Source: Candidatus Poribacteria bacterium
Lineage (GTDB): Bacteria; Poribacteria; WGA-4E; WGA-3G
Direction of reading: 5' to 3'
DNA length: 64,000 nt
NCBI GenBank assembly: GCA_963665235.2
Contig: CAXXLX010000001.1
Coordinates: forward strand, 1,728,001 to 1,792,000
A program made the translations under genes and the position numbers. A model generated the notes under the pieces. That model ran no database searches and was not told the origin of the DNA. It worked only from the letters and a program-made list of their open reading frames with translations. Of this stretch, positions 20,520 to 31,257 are shown piece by piece (positions within the stretch are counted from its first letter, which is position 1; the number at the start of each line of letters is the position of its first letter).

Positions 20520-22841
20520 ATGAATCCTATTCTAAAATGGGCTCTACAGATCTTACGACAAATAGAAGAAACATCCATCGACAAAGACGAATCGGTGTCC
20601 GATGCATTGGAACTTGTAGGTATTGGAGCTGATCAGGTTCAAGTCAATCGCCAACCCTTACATTCCATCTTCTCGGTGACTGGTAAGAATCCCTCGGTCG
20701 TTAAGAAAGATATTCCCTGGCAGGTGTTGGACCCGCAAGAGATTGTTTATCCAACGGAGGATGCCGATAACACCGCGTTGAACATTCCTGAGCTTGAGCC
20801 GGATTGGGAAAGGTTTCTAGCGAACGAAAATCTCGCGCTTGTCCTAATCGAAAAGTATGGCACGTTTCTATCCATTTCACGTGATGTTCCGCACATCTCC
20901 TTCTACGATGCGGTTAAATCCGCAGCGGCGATTCACGATTGCCTTGTCCGTGATTCGGTAGATAAGGAGAAACCTTTTTTATTAGTTTCCGGGGATTTTT
21001 CTGGAATACAAGATACAATTTACACGATCGCCTCAAGTGGTGCGTTGAAAACGCTACGTGCACGTTCGTTCATGTTAGAACTTCTAACAGAACACATCAT
21101 CTATGAAATTCAGCAGCCTACGGGTTGTGGTCGCTATAGTCTTATCTTTTCAGGCGGTGGTGGGTTTAGTCTTCTCGTTCCGAACACAAGTGAGAATCAA
21201 GAGGCAATTGGCGATTTTATAAAAATTGTCAATAATTGGATGCTTGAGCAGTTTGGCTTGCAGCTATTCCTCGCTGTGCATTGTGAGCCTGTGAGTAAGG
21301 CAGACATCACAGGTAAAGGGTTCAAAGACATTTGGGAGTCCATGGCGGACAAGATGGCGAAGCAGAAGAAGCGTAAATTTTGGGATACCCCTGACTTTGA
21401 CAACCTATTCTGTCCAAAGATGCCGAAGCAATTGACAAACCGAGAGGCTTGTCGGATCACACATCGTGATGATCTACCGAATAGCGAAATGACTGATTGG
21501 GATGATGAGCCAAATGAGGAGGGTGAGAAGAGGCGCGTAAGCAAACTTGCCTACCGTTTGTGGGAATTAGGGGATCGGTTGACAGAGTTCAAGTACATCT
21601 TTAGACGTTCTTCACCCGTAGATGATTTTAAGGATGGGACGCTCCTATTTCCGACACATGATGGTTGCCAGGCAGAATATCAAACAACCGCTGATTTTGC
21701 ACAGATTAGTGATTATGAGGTTCGATGGTTTGTGAACAGTTGGGACGTTGGAAGTTACAAGGATAACAAGACCTTCCCGTTCCTCTTTGGTAGTTATGTT
21801 AAATCTGTAGCTGATTTACCGGGCGAAGTGCAAGACCATGAGAAGGAAGAGTACTTAAAAGACCACGGAAAGCAGATGCACCAACCAAAACGTGTAACTG
21901 CGTCTTTCTCTGGATTGGCAAAAGCGGCGAAGGGGATAAAACTCATCGGCTGCTTACGGATGGATGTGGACAATTTTGGTGAGCTGTTTTCCGGCGAGCT
22001 AGTGAAATCAGGTATCGCTGGACTCTCAAATCTCTCGCGCAGCATGAATCTGTTTTTTAAGGGGTACCTCAACGAAATTTGCGGCATGAATTTAGGTGAT
22101 TTGACGAAGGAGGGTTATCCGCTTGATATCACCGGAGAAAAACTGTCCCAAACAGATCGAAACCATCGGTACGTATCTATCGTCTATGCAGGCGGTGACG
22201 ATTTGTTTATCGTTGGTGCTTGGGATGATGTCGCCGAATTAGCGTTTGATATTAACACCTGTTTCAGAGAATTCTCCTGTTGCAACTCTGAGGTTCACCT
22301 TTCCGCCGGCGTAACGCTTCACAAGCCGAAGTTCCCACTATATCAGATGGCGAAAATGGCAGAGGATGCAGAAAAGGCCGCAAAGGCAAACGAAGAGAAG
22401 GAAAGTCTCTCGCTATTCTATACGGATACTCTCAGAAGATATAATAAGTTCCTGAATGACCGCATTAAGCAGGAAAACCGAAGGCGTACGAGTGCTGGTA
22501 AACAGTCTGATGATAGAATCGCGCTGGCTTCTAGATGGGATGAATATGACAGTGTTATTCAATTGACAAAGCAGTTGTACAAGTTGCGCCCGGATGTTCC
22601 GCATGGCCTCTACCGAAAACTGTTTGAGACGCTCAGAATTTGGCAAGAGGAAGGACCTTTGTATATGCCAATGCTCTCCTATACCAAATATCAGTTTGGC
22701 AAACAACAGGAAGGAACACCAGAAGCGAAAGAGTTAAAGGCGTTGCTAACAACCCTATTTCAGTCCGATCAGATGCGGAAATTACATATTCCGCTACATT
22801 GGGTGGAATATTTGAGTCGAGAAGGTGGAGGAGAAAGTTAA
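20520..22841 (+). CDS. cas10: Cas10/Csm1, HD-less, cyclase motif intact
   Basis: GDFSGIQ..IY, LRARSF, RMDVDNFG, YAGGDDLFIVGAW. Confidence 0.93.
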   Translation: MNPILKWALQILRQIEETSIDKDESVSDALELVGIGADQVQVNRQPLHSIFSVTGKNPSVVKKDIPWQVLDPQEIVYPTEDADNTALNIPELEPDWERFLANENLALVLIEKYGTFLSISRDVPHISFYDAVKSAAAIHDCLVRDSVDKEKPFLLVSGDFSGIQDTIYTIASSGALKTLRARSFMLELLTEHIIYEIQQPTGCGRYSLIFSGGGGFSLLVPNTSENQEAIGDFIKIVNNWMLEQFGLQLFLAVHCEPVSKADITGKGFKDIWESMADKMAKQKKRKFWDTPDFDNLFCPKMPKQLTNREACRITHRDDLPNSEMTDWDDEPNEEGEKRRVSKLAYRLWELGDRLTEFKYIFRRSSPVDDFKDGTLLFPTHDGCQAEYQTTADFAQISDYEVRWFVNSWDVGSYKDNKTFPFLFGSYVKSVADLPGEVQDHEKEEYLKDHGKQMHQPKRVTASFSGLAKAAKGIKLIGCLRMDVDNFGELFSGELVKSGIAGLSNLSRSMNLFFKGYLNEICGMNLGDLTKEGYPLDITGEKLSQTDRNHRYVSIVYAGGDDLFIVGAWDDVAELAFDINTCFREFSCCNSEVHLSAGVTLHKPKFPLYQMAKMAEDAEKAAKANEEKESLSLFYTDTLRRYNKFLNDRIKQENRRRTSAGKQSDDRIALASRWDEYDSVIQLTKQLYKLRPDVPHGLYRKLFETLRIWQEEGPLYMPMLSYTKYQFGKQQEGTPEAKELKALLTTLFQSDQMRKLHIPLHWVEYLSREGGGES

Positions 22842-22911
22842 TGTGCTTCTCTCAAGAAAAGATTAATCCTCAGTTGAAAAACGGACTTACGCAATGGAGG
22901 AGTGACACAAA

Positions 22912-23964
22912 ATGGGTGATTTAAGAATCGTCAAACTTCGCTTCAGGTCAGCACTTCATTTAGGGACAGATATCCCTGGAATCGGGATTGAGGACAGTCT
23001 GACAATGGCTCACTCGGATACGTTGTTCAGCTGCCTAATCAATGCCTACGCCGAACTTCACTCCGGAAATCCAAACGCTGTTGACCCGTTGTTGGCACCG
23101 TTCCATGAGGGAAACCCTCCGTTTCGTATTTCGTCAGCGTTTCCATTCCAACAGAGTGAAAATAAAGTAAGGTATTATGTTCCGAGACCTCTGATAGATC
23201 CGCTAGAATTTTATGACCCCGGAGATGGACAGAGTGTTAGAAAGCTTTACGGTAAATTAGTCCGAAATCTGCCGTTCGTCAGTCTTGAGAGATTCAAAGG
23301 TTATTGGCTAGGCGAAGGAACAGATATCAATCTGGAAAAAAAAGGCTTAGAAACCGCAAATCAGGAAGTTCGCGGCTTATACGAACAAACAATTCGTCCA
23401 CAGCATACCAGGGACCGATTAACTGATACCACAGAAATCTACCATACAGGCTTAGTTTATTTCGCTCCTAATTCTGGATTGTATTTCCTGATTGAAATCA
23501 ACGATACATCCATCTTAAGTTGGGAGGACTTCCGGGCAGTCCTTGACTTGGCAGCATCAAACGGATTGGGGGGACGCCGCAGTCATGGAAATGGGGCTTT
23601 TGAGGTTAGAGAAATTGAGGAATTAGATGAAACATGGCAAGACTTATTTAAGCAGAAACAGGATGGATTCGTTAATCTGTCGCTCTATTGGCCTAAAACT
23701 CCTGGTCGCCTTGATCCAGTGGCATATCAGTTGGTGCCTCGACAGGGATGGTGTTATTCATCGGTTACCCCAACGCAGATGAAACGTAAAGCAGTCACAA
23801 TGTTCGGTGAGGGGTCCGTTTTCCGTAACGAGCCGAAAGGCGCGCTTGCAGACGTAACACCGGACAAGGGATTCACAGCACATGGACTCTATCGGTCCGG
23901 AATTTCAATTTCGTTGCCGATTAAGATCTTGGAAAAAGAAGATAAGGAAGATACGGAGGAATGA
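22912..23964 (+). CDS. csm4: Type III-A RAMP Csm4 (Cas5)
   Basis: HSDTLFS, ISSAFP, GLGGRRSHGNG, MFGEGSVF. Confidence 0.93.
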   Translation: MGDLRIVKLRFRSALHLGTDIPGIGIEDSLTMAHSDTLFSCLINAYAELHSGNPNAVDPLLAPFHEGNPPFRISSAFPFQQSENKVRYYVPRPLIDPLEFYDPGDGQSVRKLYGKLVRNLPFVSLERFKGYWLGEGTDINLEKKGLETANQEVRGLYEQTIRPQHTRDRLTDTTEIYHTGLVYFAPNSGLYFLIEINDTSILSWEDFRAVLDLAASNGLGGRRSHGNGAFEVREIEELDETWQDLFKQKQDGFVNLSLYWPKTPGRLDPVAYQLVPRQGWCYSSVTPTQMKRKAVTMFGEGSVFRNEPKGALADVTPDKGFTAHGLYRSGISISLPIKILEKEDKEDTEE

Positions 23965-23968
23965 TACA

Positions 23969-25774
23969 ATGAACTTGCGGGAAATACTTAATAATTTTAA
24001 CAAAGAAGTCGCTTGGCGCGAATTTCGAGATAGAATAGTAGATGCTGTGCTAGACTACAATGAGGCGATTGCGGACGAAGTCGAAAACCCAGGAGATTCT
24101 CTAAATGGACTTCTACCTATATATTGGCAAATTGTACGGGCGCATAATACCTATAAATGGCCTATTGACCTCAAATTTATTCGCGAAAATCCAGAAGCTG
24201 CTCGAAAGATGTTAAGAGACCACAACCTTGCGGAAAAATTGGACCGGCTGATCGAATTGGACACACAGTGGCGCAAACTCTCCCAAAAAATCGAGGAGCA
24301 AACCGAGCCCGCGAACACACTCAAAACTGAAATAGATACCATCTTGTCGACAATTTCGGATCTGCCTGGCGTAAATTCCCACCCAAGCAATTCTGGCTAC
24401 GATGTTGGCATCTTTCTTGTTGGTTTTAGGAGTCTTCCGATTGTTCTTAGCCTTGCGGAGATTCAACCGCGCCAGGAAATTTATTTCATCCACTCAGAAG
24501 AGACTGGTACAAAGTGCGACGAGATTGCTAATAGAATTGAGGAGATGCTTGAATGTCCTCCTAATCCTTTAAAACCGTTAATCTCCGCCACGGACGCGAC
24601 AGCATTAATTAATCGTGTCCGAAGTGCCAATCGGTGCAAAATAGCGAATCCCTCCGATCCGGTCGAGACATTCAAAGAGATTAAGCGAATCATTGACAGT
24701 CTTGCATCCGACAAAAAAATTGCTCTTGATCTCACGGGTGGAAAGAAGACAATGATTGGCGGCGGTTTCACAGCCGGTTCAATATACTCTCTGTCGCCTA
24801 AATGCGATATGTTTTACGTTGATTCATCGGAGTACGACTCATATCAGGGTGCACCTAAACCAGGGACCGAATTCTTGAGTCAGCTTGACAATCCGTACAA
24901 TGTTTACAATGTGCAGAGCATCCGCGAAGCTGAAGCACTTTTCGATGGACACAATTATGAGGCAGCAGCTAGTTTGTGGGACACTGCTAATGAAAAACTT
25001 AATACCTATGCCAAACAATACGGTTTGCAACATGAGCAGGCTACAGTTCAAAAGAATCTTTATATGGCAAACTGTTACCGTTCTTGGGATGCTTTTGATT
25101 ATTCTGAGGCTCAGAGGCACAAGAATGATAACGGAAACCTATGGAGCTACCATACTAAGCACATTCACAACATTCACAATGATGTTCTTAACATTTTGGT
25201 AGAAGTGAATGATAAACAAACGCTTTTTGCCGATGAAAAAAGAGTTATCCATTTCGCCGTAGATCGATACCAGAATGCAATCAGACGAAAAAATAGTGAC
25301 AAACTCGAGGATGCAATCCTCCGCTTTACACAAGTTGTGGAAATCCTTTGCAACTATAAGATCCGTCAAATCGCACAAGGCGGAGACCTGCTTAACGAAA
25401 ACGGCTCAGTGATAACAACACCAAACACCCAATGGCGGAACTTTAAACTAATCCCCTTTTTGTTTGGAGCCGACCCATCAAGGTATGAAAGAAACGGAGG
25501 AAGATACTTCCAATTTCGAAGAGGGGCAAATGTGTGTTTGGAACTTGAGGATTATCCCGATTTCAACGATATTGGTGAAATAATGGTGCTGATCGAACGT
25601 AGGAATGATTTCGTTCATTTCAATCGTCCTATAGCGGACGAAGCGGAGGAAACAGCGGAAAAATTAAAAAATTTAGCATATCAGTTTCTTCTGAACTTCT
25701 CAACGACCTATCTTCAGAGGATGCGCCTAAATTTCTGCCGTTTATTAGAGCTTCATGAGTTTCGTCTATCCTAA
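23969..25774 (+). CDS. CARF-HEPN effector (Csm6/Csx1-like) with N-terminal SerRS-arm-like segment
   Basis: CARF: FLVGFRSLPIV...ALDLTGGKKTM; HEPN: RRNDFVH; IDLKFIRENPE...ELDTQWRKL...ILSTISDLP near the N-terminus. Confidence 0.85.
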   Translation: MNLREILNNFNKEVAWREFRDRIVDAVLDYNEAIADEVENPGDSLNGLLPIYWQIVRAHNTYKWPIDLKFIRENPEAARKMLRDHNLAEKLDRLIELDTQWRKLSQKIEEQTEPANTLKTEIDTILSTISDLPGVNSHPSNSGYDVGIFLVGFRSLPIVLSLAEIQPRQEIYFIHSEETGTKCDEIANRIEEMLECPPNPLKPLISATDATALINRVRSANRCKIANPSDPVETFKEIKRIIDSLASDKKIALDLTGGKKTMIGGGFTAGSIYSLSPKCDMFYVDSSEYDSYQGAPKPGTEFLSQLDNPYNVYNVQSIREAEALFDGHNYEAAASLWDTANEKLNTYAKQYGLQHEQATVQKNLYMANCYRSWDAFDYSEAQRHKNDNGNLWSYHTKHIHNIHNDVLNILVEVNDKQTLFADEKRVIHFAVDRYQNAIRRKNSDKLEDAILRFTQVVEILCNYKIRQIAQGGDLLNENGSVITTPNTQWRNFKLIPFLFGADPSRYERNGGRYFQFRRGANVCLELEDYPDFNDIGEIMVLIERRNDFVHFNRPIADEAEETAEKLKNLAYQFLLNFSTTYLQRMRLNFCRLLELHEFRLS

Positions 25775-27418
25775 ACCGATGCTGTCGGATAACAACTTCT
25801 CTCGCGCCTCCAATACCTTTGAAACTACTGTTTTGACATCATCTTCATCAACAAACGGGGAGAGAATAAAAGACTTTAAACCGACAATTGGTTCGCCATA
25901 GGTCGTATGTCGGTAACAGTCGGTTGTGGAAATGACGACACCTCGGCCTTCCATCGCCTCTGAATGGACGTATTGGAAGATGTCCCTATTGTAGGCATTA
26001 TGTGTAAGTAGACTTTCGCGATTAGCGGGGTTCTCAAATTCGTCCTGCTTAATTGAAAAGGTATCCACGCCGACAGGATATACCCGGAAAACGGTGACAG
26101 TGCCGAAGTTATCGCGATTCAAGACGGTTGTGCCTTCATGCCCCTCAAGATGTTCGCGCAGGAGTTGCGTCATTTCGACGATGTGTCCGAGGATAGTTTG
26201 TAACCCTTCCCGCCCAAATAGGCGTAGATTGGCAAGGGCTGCAAGGGGGCCCGTCCCCGCTCTGGAGGTCTCTAGGGTGTACATACCGGGCTTATAGTCC
26301 CCAAAGTGATAAAGGTAGGGCATCTGTTCCGGGTGCCGTTTCACTAAAGCCAGCTCAGCTTCGTTTTTCACAAGAAAGAGGCTGGAAATATAGGGGGCAA
26401 AACCGGTTTTGTGGAAATCAATACCGACGGAATCGGCGAGTGATAGATACCTGATCCGGCGGCATGCCCCTGCCAATGCCCGAACAGTCCGCGGGCGGAA
26501 CCCTAGGGGATTCTCTTCAAAATCATAGTCGTTAAACACAGACCATGCCCATCCGATAACTGCATCCGCGTGAATATGCGGTTTGTAATCAAGCTCGAAT
26601 TCCTCAACGAGCGTATTGCGTAATGTCACAATACTCTCCAAATCGTCCAACCCGAATGCATCTGTTGTGCCCAAAGTTGCAATAATAGCGGCAATTTTCT
26701 TTCCGTCTGTGAGTGCTTTTCGAGCTGCCTGCTCTAATTGCTCAAGGTCCATTTCGTTCTGTGCGGTTGTCGGAATAGTAATGAGATTATTCGTTCCGAT
26801 GCCGAGCCATCCGACGATGCTGGTTGCACAATAATGCCCGGCATCTGACACGAACACGACCACCTCTTCGGGGGTGCCGTTTTGGATAGTCCCTGGGCAC
26901 GCCTTCTCTAAACCGATTTTCACACCGTAGAGCGTTGTTCCGGTGCCGCCGAAGGTAAACACACCACCTGCCTGTTCTGGCTTATAACCAATCATCTGTG
27001 CGGTTATTCCAACTGCTTCAACTTCAGCCAACGCTACCAGACGACTGTATTCATCCCAAGCGATATTAGGATTGTAGAGGGAAGCGATGAGTACCCCAAT
27101 GACGCTTGGAATCGTCGGAGGGGGCACAACGTTCTGTTGTGTGCGAGGATGTCCGAAGATGCTCATCCCGCGCAGATAGCTGACGAGGTCAGCCGTGACA
27201 TTTTCAACGGAGGATATAGTTTCAGGGAGTGTTGTGTAGCGTGCTGCTTCAAAGTCCCCTTGGACAATGTCGCCGAGCATCGGTAGATGGGTTTTGAGCG
27301 CGTCCACCTGGTCCAAGGCACGCATAATGGAGTGTACAAAATAGGAGTCGTGAATCGGATCGGATATGGGCTGCGGGAAGGTGAGCCGGATTTTGTTTAA
27401 GATGTCGCGATATGTCAT
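25766..27418 (-). CDS. PLP-dependent group II amino-acid decarboxylase
   Basis: FTFGGT, TLGTTD, HADAVIG, DFHK (PLP lysine). Confidence 0.88.
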   Translation of the reverse strand: MTYRDILNKIRLTFPQPISDPIHDSYFVHSIMRALDQVDALKTHLPMLGDIVQGDFEAARYTTLPETISSVENVTADLVSYLRGMSIFGHPRTQQNVVPPPTIPSVIGVLIASLYNPNIAWDEYSRLVALAEVEAVGITAQMIGYKPEQAGGVFTFGGTGTTLYGVKIGLEKACPGTIQNGTPEEVVVFVSDAGHYCATSIVGWLGIGTNNLITIPTTAQNEMDLEQLEQAARKALTDGKKIAAIIATLGTTDAFGLDDLESIVTLRNTLVEEFELDYKPHIHADAVIGWAWSVFNDYDFEENPLGFRPRTVRALAGACRRIRYLSLADSVGIDFHKTGFAPYISSLFLVKNEAELALVKRHPEQMPYLYHFGDYKPGMYTLETSRAGTGPLAALANLRLFGREGLQTILGHIVEMTQLLREHLEGHEGTTVLNRDNFGTVTVFRVYPVGVDTFSIKQDEFENPANRESLLTHNAYNRDIFQYVHSEAMEGRGVVISTTDCYRHTTYGEPIVGLKSFILSPFVDEDDVKTVVSKVLEAREKLLSDSIGLG

Positions 27419-27434
27419 GTGGCCGTCCCATTTT

Positions 27435-28922
27435 TCAGAGATGTGCTATTGCGTTCCGAACTCGCTCTAGAACCGTGTCTCTGCCGAGTAGGATAATAAT
27501 ATCAAACAGGCTTGGTCCGAACGATGTGCCTGTCAGCGCAATTCGCAAGGTTTGCATTGCTACAACCCGTTTGATGTCGTTCTCATCCGTGTATTTATAG
27601 ATTGCAGTTTCAACTGTCTCCGCGTCAAAAGCGGGGATTTCTTCCAAAATCTGCAAGAGATTTGTCAGGATTTCAGCCGTTTTCTGCCGTTTTTCTGCGG
27701 AGCTGCCCCACCATTTTTTGACCGCCTTCTCTTCGTATTCATCAACGTCCGCAAAGAAATAACGGGTTTGTGGAACGATATCCTCTAACGTTGTGAGCCG
27801 TTCGCCGACAGCCTCAACGAGCTTCTCAAGGTGGGTGCGACGTTCCATTGTCAAGTCGGCTGTCTTGACCAAACCTGCTTCCTGCCAAAAGGGTATCACA
27901 GCATCGGTTCGAGCGGAAAGCGAGAGTTGGGCGATGTAGTGGGTATTGAGCCATTGCAATTTTTTTATATCAAAAACACTGCCGCTTTTGCCAACGCGCG
28001 CGAGGTCAAATTTCTCTATGAGTTCCGTAACAGAGAAAATCTCCTGTTTGTCGTCGTAGGACCACCCGAGTCTGGCAACGAAGTTAATCATCGCTTCAGG
28101 CAGATACCCCTGTTCACGATACCGATTGACAGCGACAAGGTCACCGTGATGACGTTTGCTTAGCTTCCTGCCAGTCTCATCCAAGACAAGGGGGATATGT
28201 GCAAATTTAGGTGGTGTAAAACCTATTGCGTTCGCAATAGCAATCTGTTTCGAGGTGTTATTGAGATGCTCTGTTCCGCGGATGACATGTGTAATCCGCA
28301 TGTCCGCATCGTCTATAATCGAGGCAAAATTGTAACTCGGCATTCCATTTGAACGGACGATAACCTCATCCTCTAGGGTGTTTGCATCTATATCCCGCGT
28401 GCCGAGGATAAGGTCAGGGACGTGTATCGGGTCGTCAGGCATCTTAATTCGGACTGTAGGTTTTCTGCCCTGCGCGGAAAAACGTTGTTTGTCTGCGAGC
28501 ATCAGGTGTCGGCATCTCCTGTCATAAGAGAGGGTCTGCTTTTCAGCGCGCGCTTGCGCCCGAATTTCTGCTAACTCCTCAGGTGTGCAGTAGCAGTGAT
28601 AGGCGTTTTCCTCTTGAAGCAGTTGTTCGACGTAAGGCTCGTAAATATGTCTCCGTTCTGATTGTACATAGTGCTCGGTCCAGTCGATGCCTAACCATTT
28701 GAGGGATTCGTAAATATGGCGCATAGATTCATCGGTAGACCGTGCTGTATCGGTATCATCAATGCGGAGTATGAACGTGCCGTTGTGCTGTTTGGCAAAT
28801 AACCAATTGAATAACGCGGTGCGTGCGCCGCCGATGTGTAAGAAACCGGTGGGGGATGGTGCCATTCGGACGCGGACGTGGTTTTTCACTGGGGTTGTTG
28901 CGTTGCTAGATGTTTCGGTCAT
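27435..28922 (-). CDS. gltX: Glutamate--tRNA ligase
   Basis: [19 protein letters not shown]; ATG overlaps the glnS stop. Confidence 0.96.
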   Translation of the reverse strand: MTETSSNATTPVKNHVRVRMAPSPTGFLHIGGARTALFNWLFAKQHNGTFILRIDDTDTARSTDESMRHIYESLKWLGIDWTEHYVQSERRHIYEPYVEQLLQEENAYHCYCTPEELAEIRAQARAEKQTLSYDRRCRHLMLADKQRFSAQGRKPTVRIKMPDDPIHVPDLILGTRDIDANTLEDEVIVRSNGMPSYNFASIIDDADMRITHVIRGTEHLNNTSKQIAIANAIGFTPPKFAHIPLVLDETGRKLSKRHHGDLVAVNRYREQGYLPEAMINFVARLGWSYDDKQEIFSVTELIEKFDLARVGKSGSVFDIKKLQWLNTHYIAQLSLSARTDAVIPFWQEAGLVKTADLTMERRTHLEKLVEAVGERLTTLEDIVPQTRYFFADVDEYEEKAVKKWWGSSAEKRQKTAEILTNLLQILEEIPAFDAETVETAIYKYTDENDIKRVVAMQTLRIALTGTSFGPSLFDIIILLGRDTVLERVRNAIAHL

Positions 28923-30667
28923 TTCCGTGCCCCCTGAATTTTTGCCCAAGTATCTCGAAGTGGTACTGTCCTATTGAATACCAATTTTTCTTGCGTTGTA
29001 TCCACATCGACACAAAAGTATCCCATTCTGAGGAACTGATATCGTGTTTCGGGGGGTGCGCCGTTGAGACTCGGTTCAACTTTGCATCCATCTATAATCT
29101 CCAAGGAGTTCGGATTGATAAACTGTGTCCACTCCGTGCCATCCGCTGCGTTTTCTGGTTCGCGTTCGGTGAATAGGGTGTCGTAGAGGCGGACTTCAGC
29201 GTCCACGGCGTGTTGGGCAGAAACCCAATGTAACGTGCCTCGTACCTTGCGTCCATCTTCGGACCAGCCGCCTCGTGTTTCGGGGTCATAAGTGCAATGA
29301 ATCTGAACGATTTCGCCTGTGTTTGGGTCTTTGACAACGCGTTCGCAACGGATATAGTAAGCGTGCTTGAGGCGTACTTCTCGTTCTGGTGCCAATCGGA
29401 AAAATTTTCGGGGTGGGTTTTCCATAAAATCTTCGCGTTCTATGTAGAGTTCACGTGAGAACGGAATTTTGCGTGTGCCGGCGTTTTCATCTTCAGGGTT
29501 ATTGTCAGCGTCAAACATTTCCACTTTTCCATCTGGATAGTTGTCAATGATAACTTTAACAGGATTAAGGACAGCCATGACGCGCGGTGCACGCTGATTC
29601 AGGTCACTCCGTATAGAATACTCAAGTTGGCTCATCTCGATTAAATTATCTGCCTTTGAAACCCCGATTCGGTTGCAAAAATCACGAATGGCTTCTGGCG
29701 TATACCCGCGGCGACGCATTCCGGCGAGCGTAGGTAACCTTGGGTCATCCCAGCTGTTGACGTGTCCTTCCTGTAAGAGGACTTTGAGCTTCCGTTTGCC
29801 GAGCACGGTGTATGTGAGATTTAAGCGAGCGAATTCTATCTGCCGGGGTTGGTAAATCTCAAGTTCCTTCAAAAACCAGTCGTAGAGGGGGCGGTGGTCT
29901 TCAAACTGAACGTCACATAAAGAGTGTGTTATGCCTTCGATGGAATCGGATTGTCCATGGGTAAAGTCGTAGGTTGGATAGATACACCATGCGTCGCCGT
30001 GTCGATAGTGGTGTGCTCGGAGGATACGATACATGACAGGGTCACGCATATTTAGATTTGGACTGGTCATGTCAATTTTTGCGCGGAGCGTTCGGGCTCC
30101 GTCTGGAAATTCGCCGTTGCGCATCCCGCGGAAAAGCGTTAAATTCTCCTCTACTGTCCGGTTTCGGTAAGGGCTGTCTTTGCCGGGGGTCACTAAAGTG
30201 CCGCGATACGTTCGCATTTGGTCGGGTGTTAGGTCACAAACGTAAGCCTTGCCTTTTTCGATGAGTTTGATAGCGTATTCATAGAGAGTTTCGAAATAAT
30301 CTGATGCGTGATATTCGCGTTCTTTCCAATCAAACCCGAGCCATCGGACATCGCGTTTAATTCCCTCTACATATTCAATTTCTTCTGTGAGCGGGTTGCT
30401 GTCATCAAATCGTAGGTTGTAAAGTCCGCCATAATTTTCGGCGATTCCGAAGCTGATGCATATAGCTTTAGCGTGGCCGATATGAAGATACCCGCTGGGT
30501 TCCGGTGGAAATCGGGTGTGGACCCTGCCTTCATACCTATTTGCTGCGATGTCTTCTTCGATTGCTTGCTGTATAAAGTTAGTGTCCGAGGCGGTGTTAG
30601 TGTTTTCTTGTGCTTTCGTGTTCGGTCTGTTTTTGGAGGCCTTTAAGTTGGCATCTGCATGTTTCAT
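28919..30667 (-). CDS. glnS: Glutamine--tRNA ligase
   Basis: [34 protein letters not shown]. Confidence 0.96.
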   Translation of the reverse strand: MKHADANLKASKNRPNTKAQENTNTASDTNFIQQAIEEDIAANRYEGRVHTRFPPEPSGYLHIGHAKAICISFGIAENYGGLYNLRFDDSNPLTEEIEYVEGIKRDVRWLGFDWKEREYHASDYFETLYEYAIKLIEKGKAYVCDLTPDQMRTYRGTLVTPGKDSPYRNRTVEENLTLFRGMRNGEFPDGARTLRAKIDMTSPNLNMRDPVMYRILRAHHYRHGDAWCIYPTYDFTHGQSDSIEGITHSLCDVQFEDHRPLYDWFLKELEIYQPRQIEFARLNLTYTVLGKRKLKVLLQEGHVNSWDDPRLPTLAGMRRRGYTPEAIRDFCNRIGVSKADNLIEMSQLEYSIRSDLNQRAPRVMAVLNPVKVIIDNYPDGKVEMFDADNNPEDENAGTRKIPFSRELYIEREDFMENPPRKFFRLAPEREVRLKHAYYIRCERVVKDPNTGEIVQIHCTYDPETRGGWSEDGRKVRGTLHWVSAQHAVDAEVRLYDTLFTEREPENAADGTEWTQFINPNSLEIIDGCKVEPSLNGAPPETRYQFLRMGYFCVDVDTTQEKLVFNRTVPLRDTWAKIQGARK

Positions 30668-30956
30668 AAAAAACCTCTTGTGTTAATATCATTAAAAACG
30701 GTGTGGAATTTCGTTGCGTTCAACAGGAAATGGCATCCAATTACCATTTGCTAATAGCCTTATGTCGGTTTTCCGTTCGTTATCAATATATTATACCCTT
30801 AAAATGGTCTAAAGTCAAAATTTTTAGTTGAGAGTAAACATATCGTCCATACGGGGACTAAATTAATGAAAAAATGAAACCCCTTCCGTAACACATTCGT
30901 TAATTTCATTGAGAAAAGGAAAAAAATCATTTTTAACGAGAAGGGAGTATGAATAT

Positions 30957-31166
30957 ATGTACACAGATTCCACGCAGCAATCTATCACACAGCAGCAGTT
31001 AGCTGATAGAAAACTCAATTACTACGAATTGGCAGTGTGTTTCGCAGCGGCAAAAGCACAAGAGGAAGAATTTCGGTGGGAGCAATTTATTGATAACCTA
31101 TCCTATATTTGCGACAAATTTGCTTCTCACATTGAGGTAAACGGTCCATCTAATTCGGGTTCGTAA
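30957..31166 (+). CDS. Small hypothetical protein
   Basis: GGGAG RBS region; possible ECF promoter TGAAAC-17-CGTT at 30875-30901; terminator follows. Confidence 0.5.
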   Translation: MYTDSTQQSITQQQLADRKLNYYELAVCFAAAKAQEEEFRWEQFIDNLSYICDKFASHIEVNGPSNSGS

Positions 31167-31217
31167 CATTTCACATACAAACGATAGCAGGCGTAAATCT
31201 GCTGATTTAGAAAACGA

Positions 31218-31254
31218 GGGGTATGTTTTTCGGAAACTGCCCCTATTTTTTTTT
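31218..31254 (+). terminator. Rho-independent terminator
   Basis: AGGGG...CCCCT hairpin followed by a long T run, between convergent genes. Confidence 0.65.
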
Positions 31255-31257
31255 GAC

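Noticed and set aside
23882-23968. Longer ORF-track starts (also 17790, 18256, 20406, 9280, 47586, 57805)
   Set aside because: They overlap upstream genes or promoters; downstream ATGs have better RBS or context
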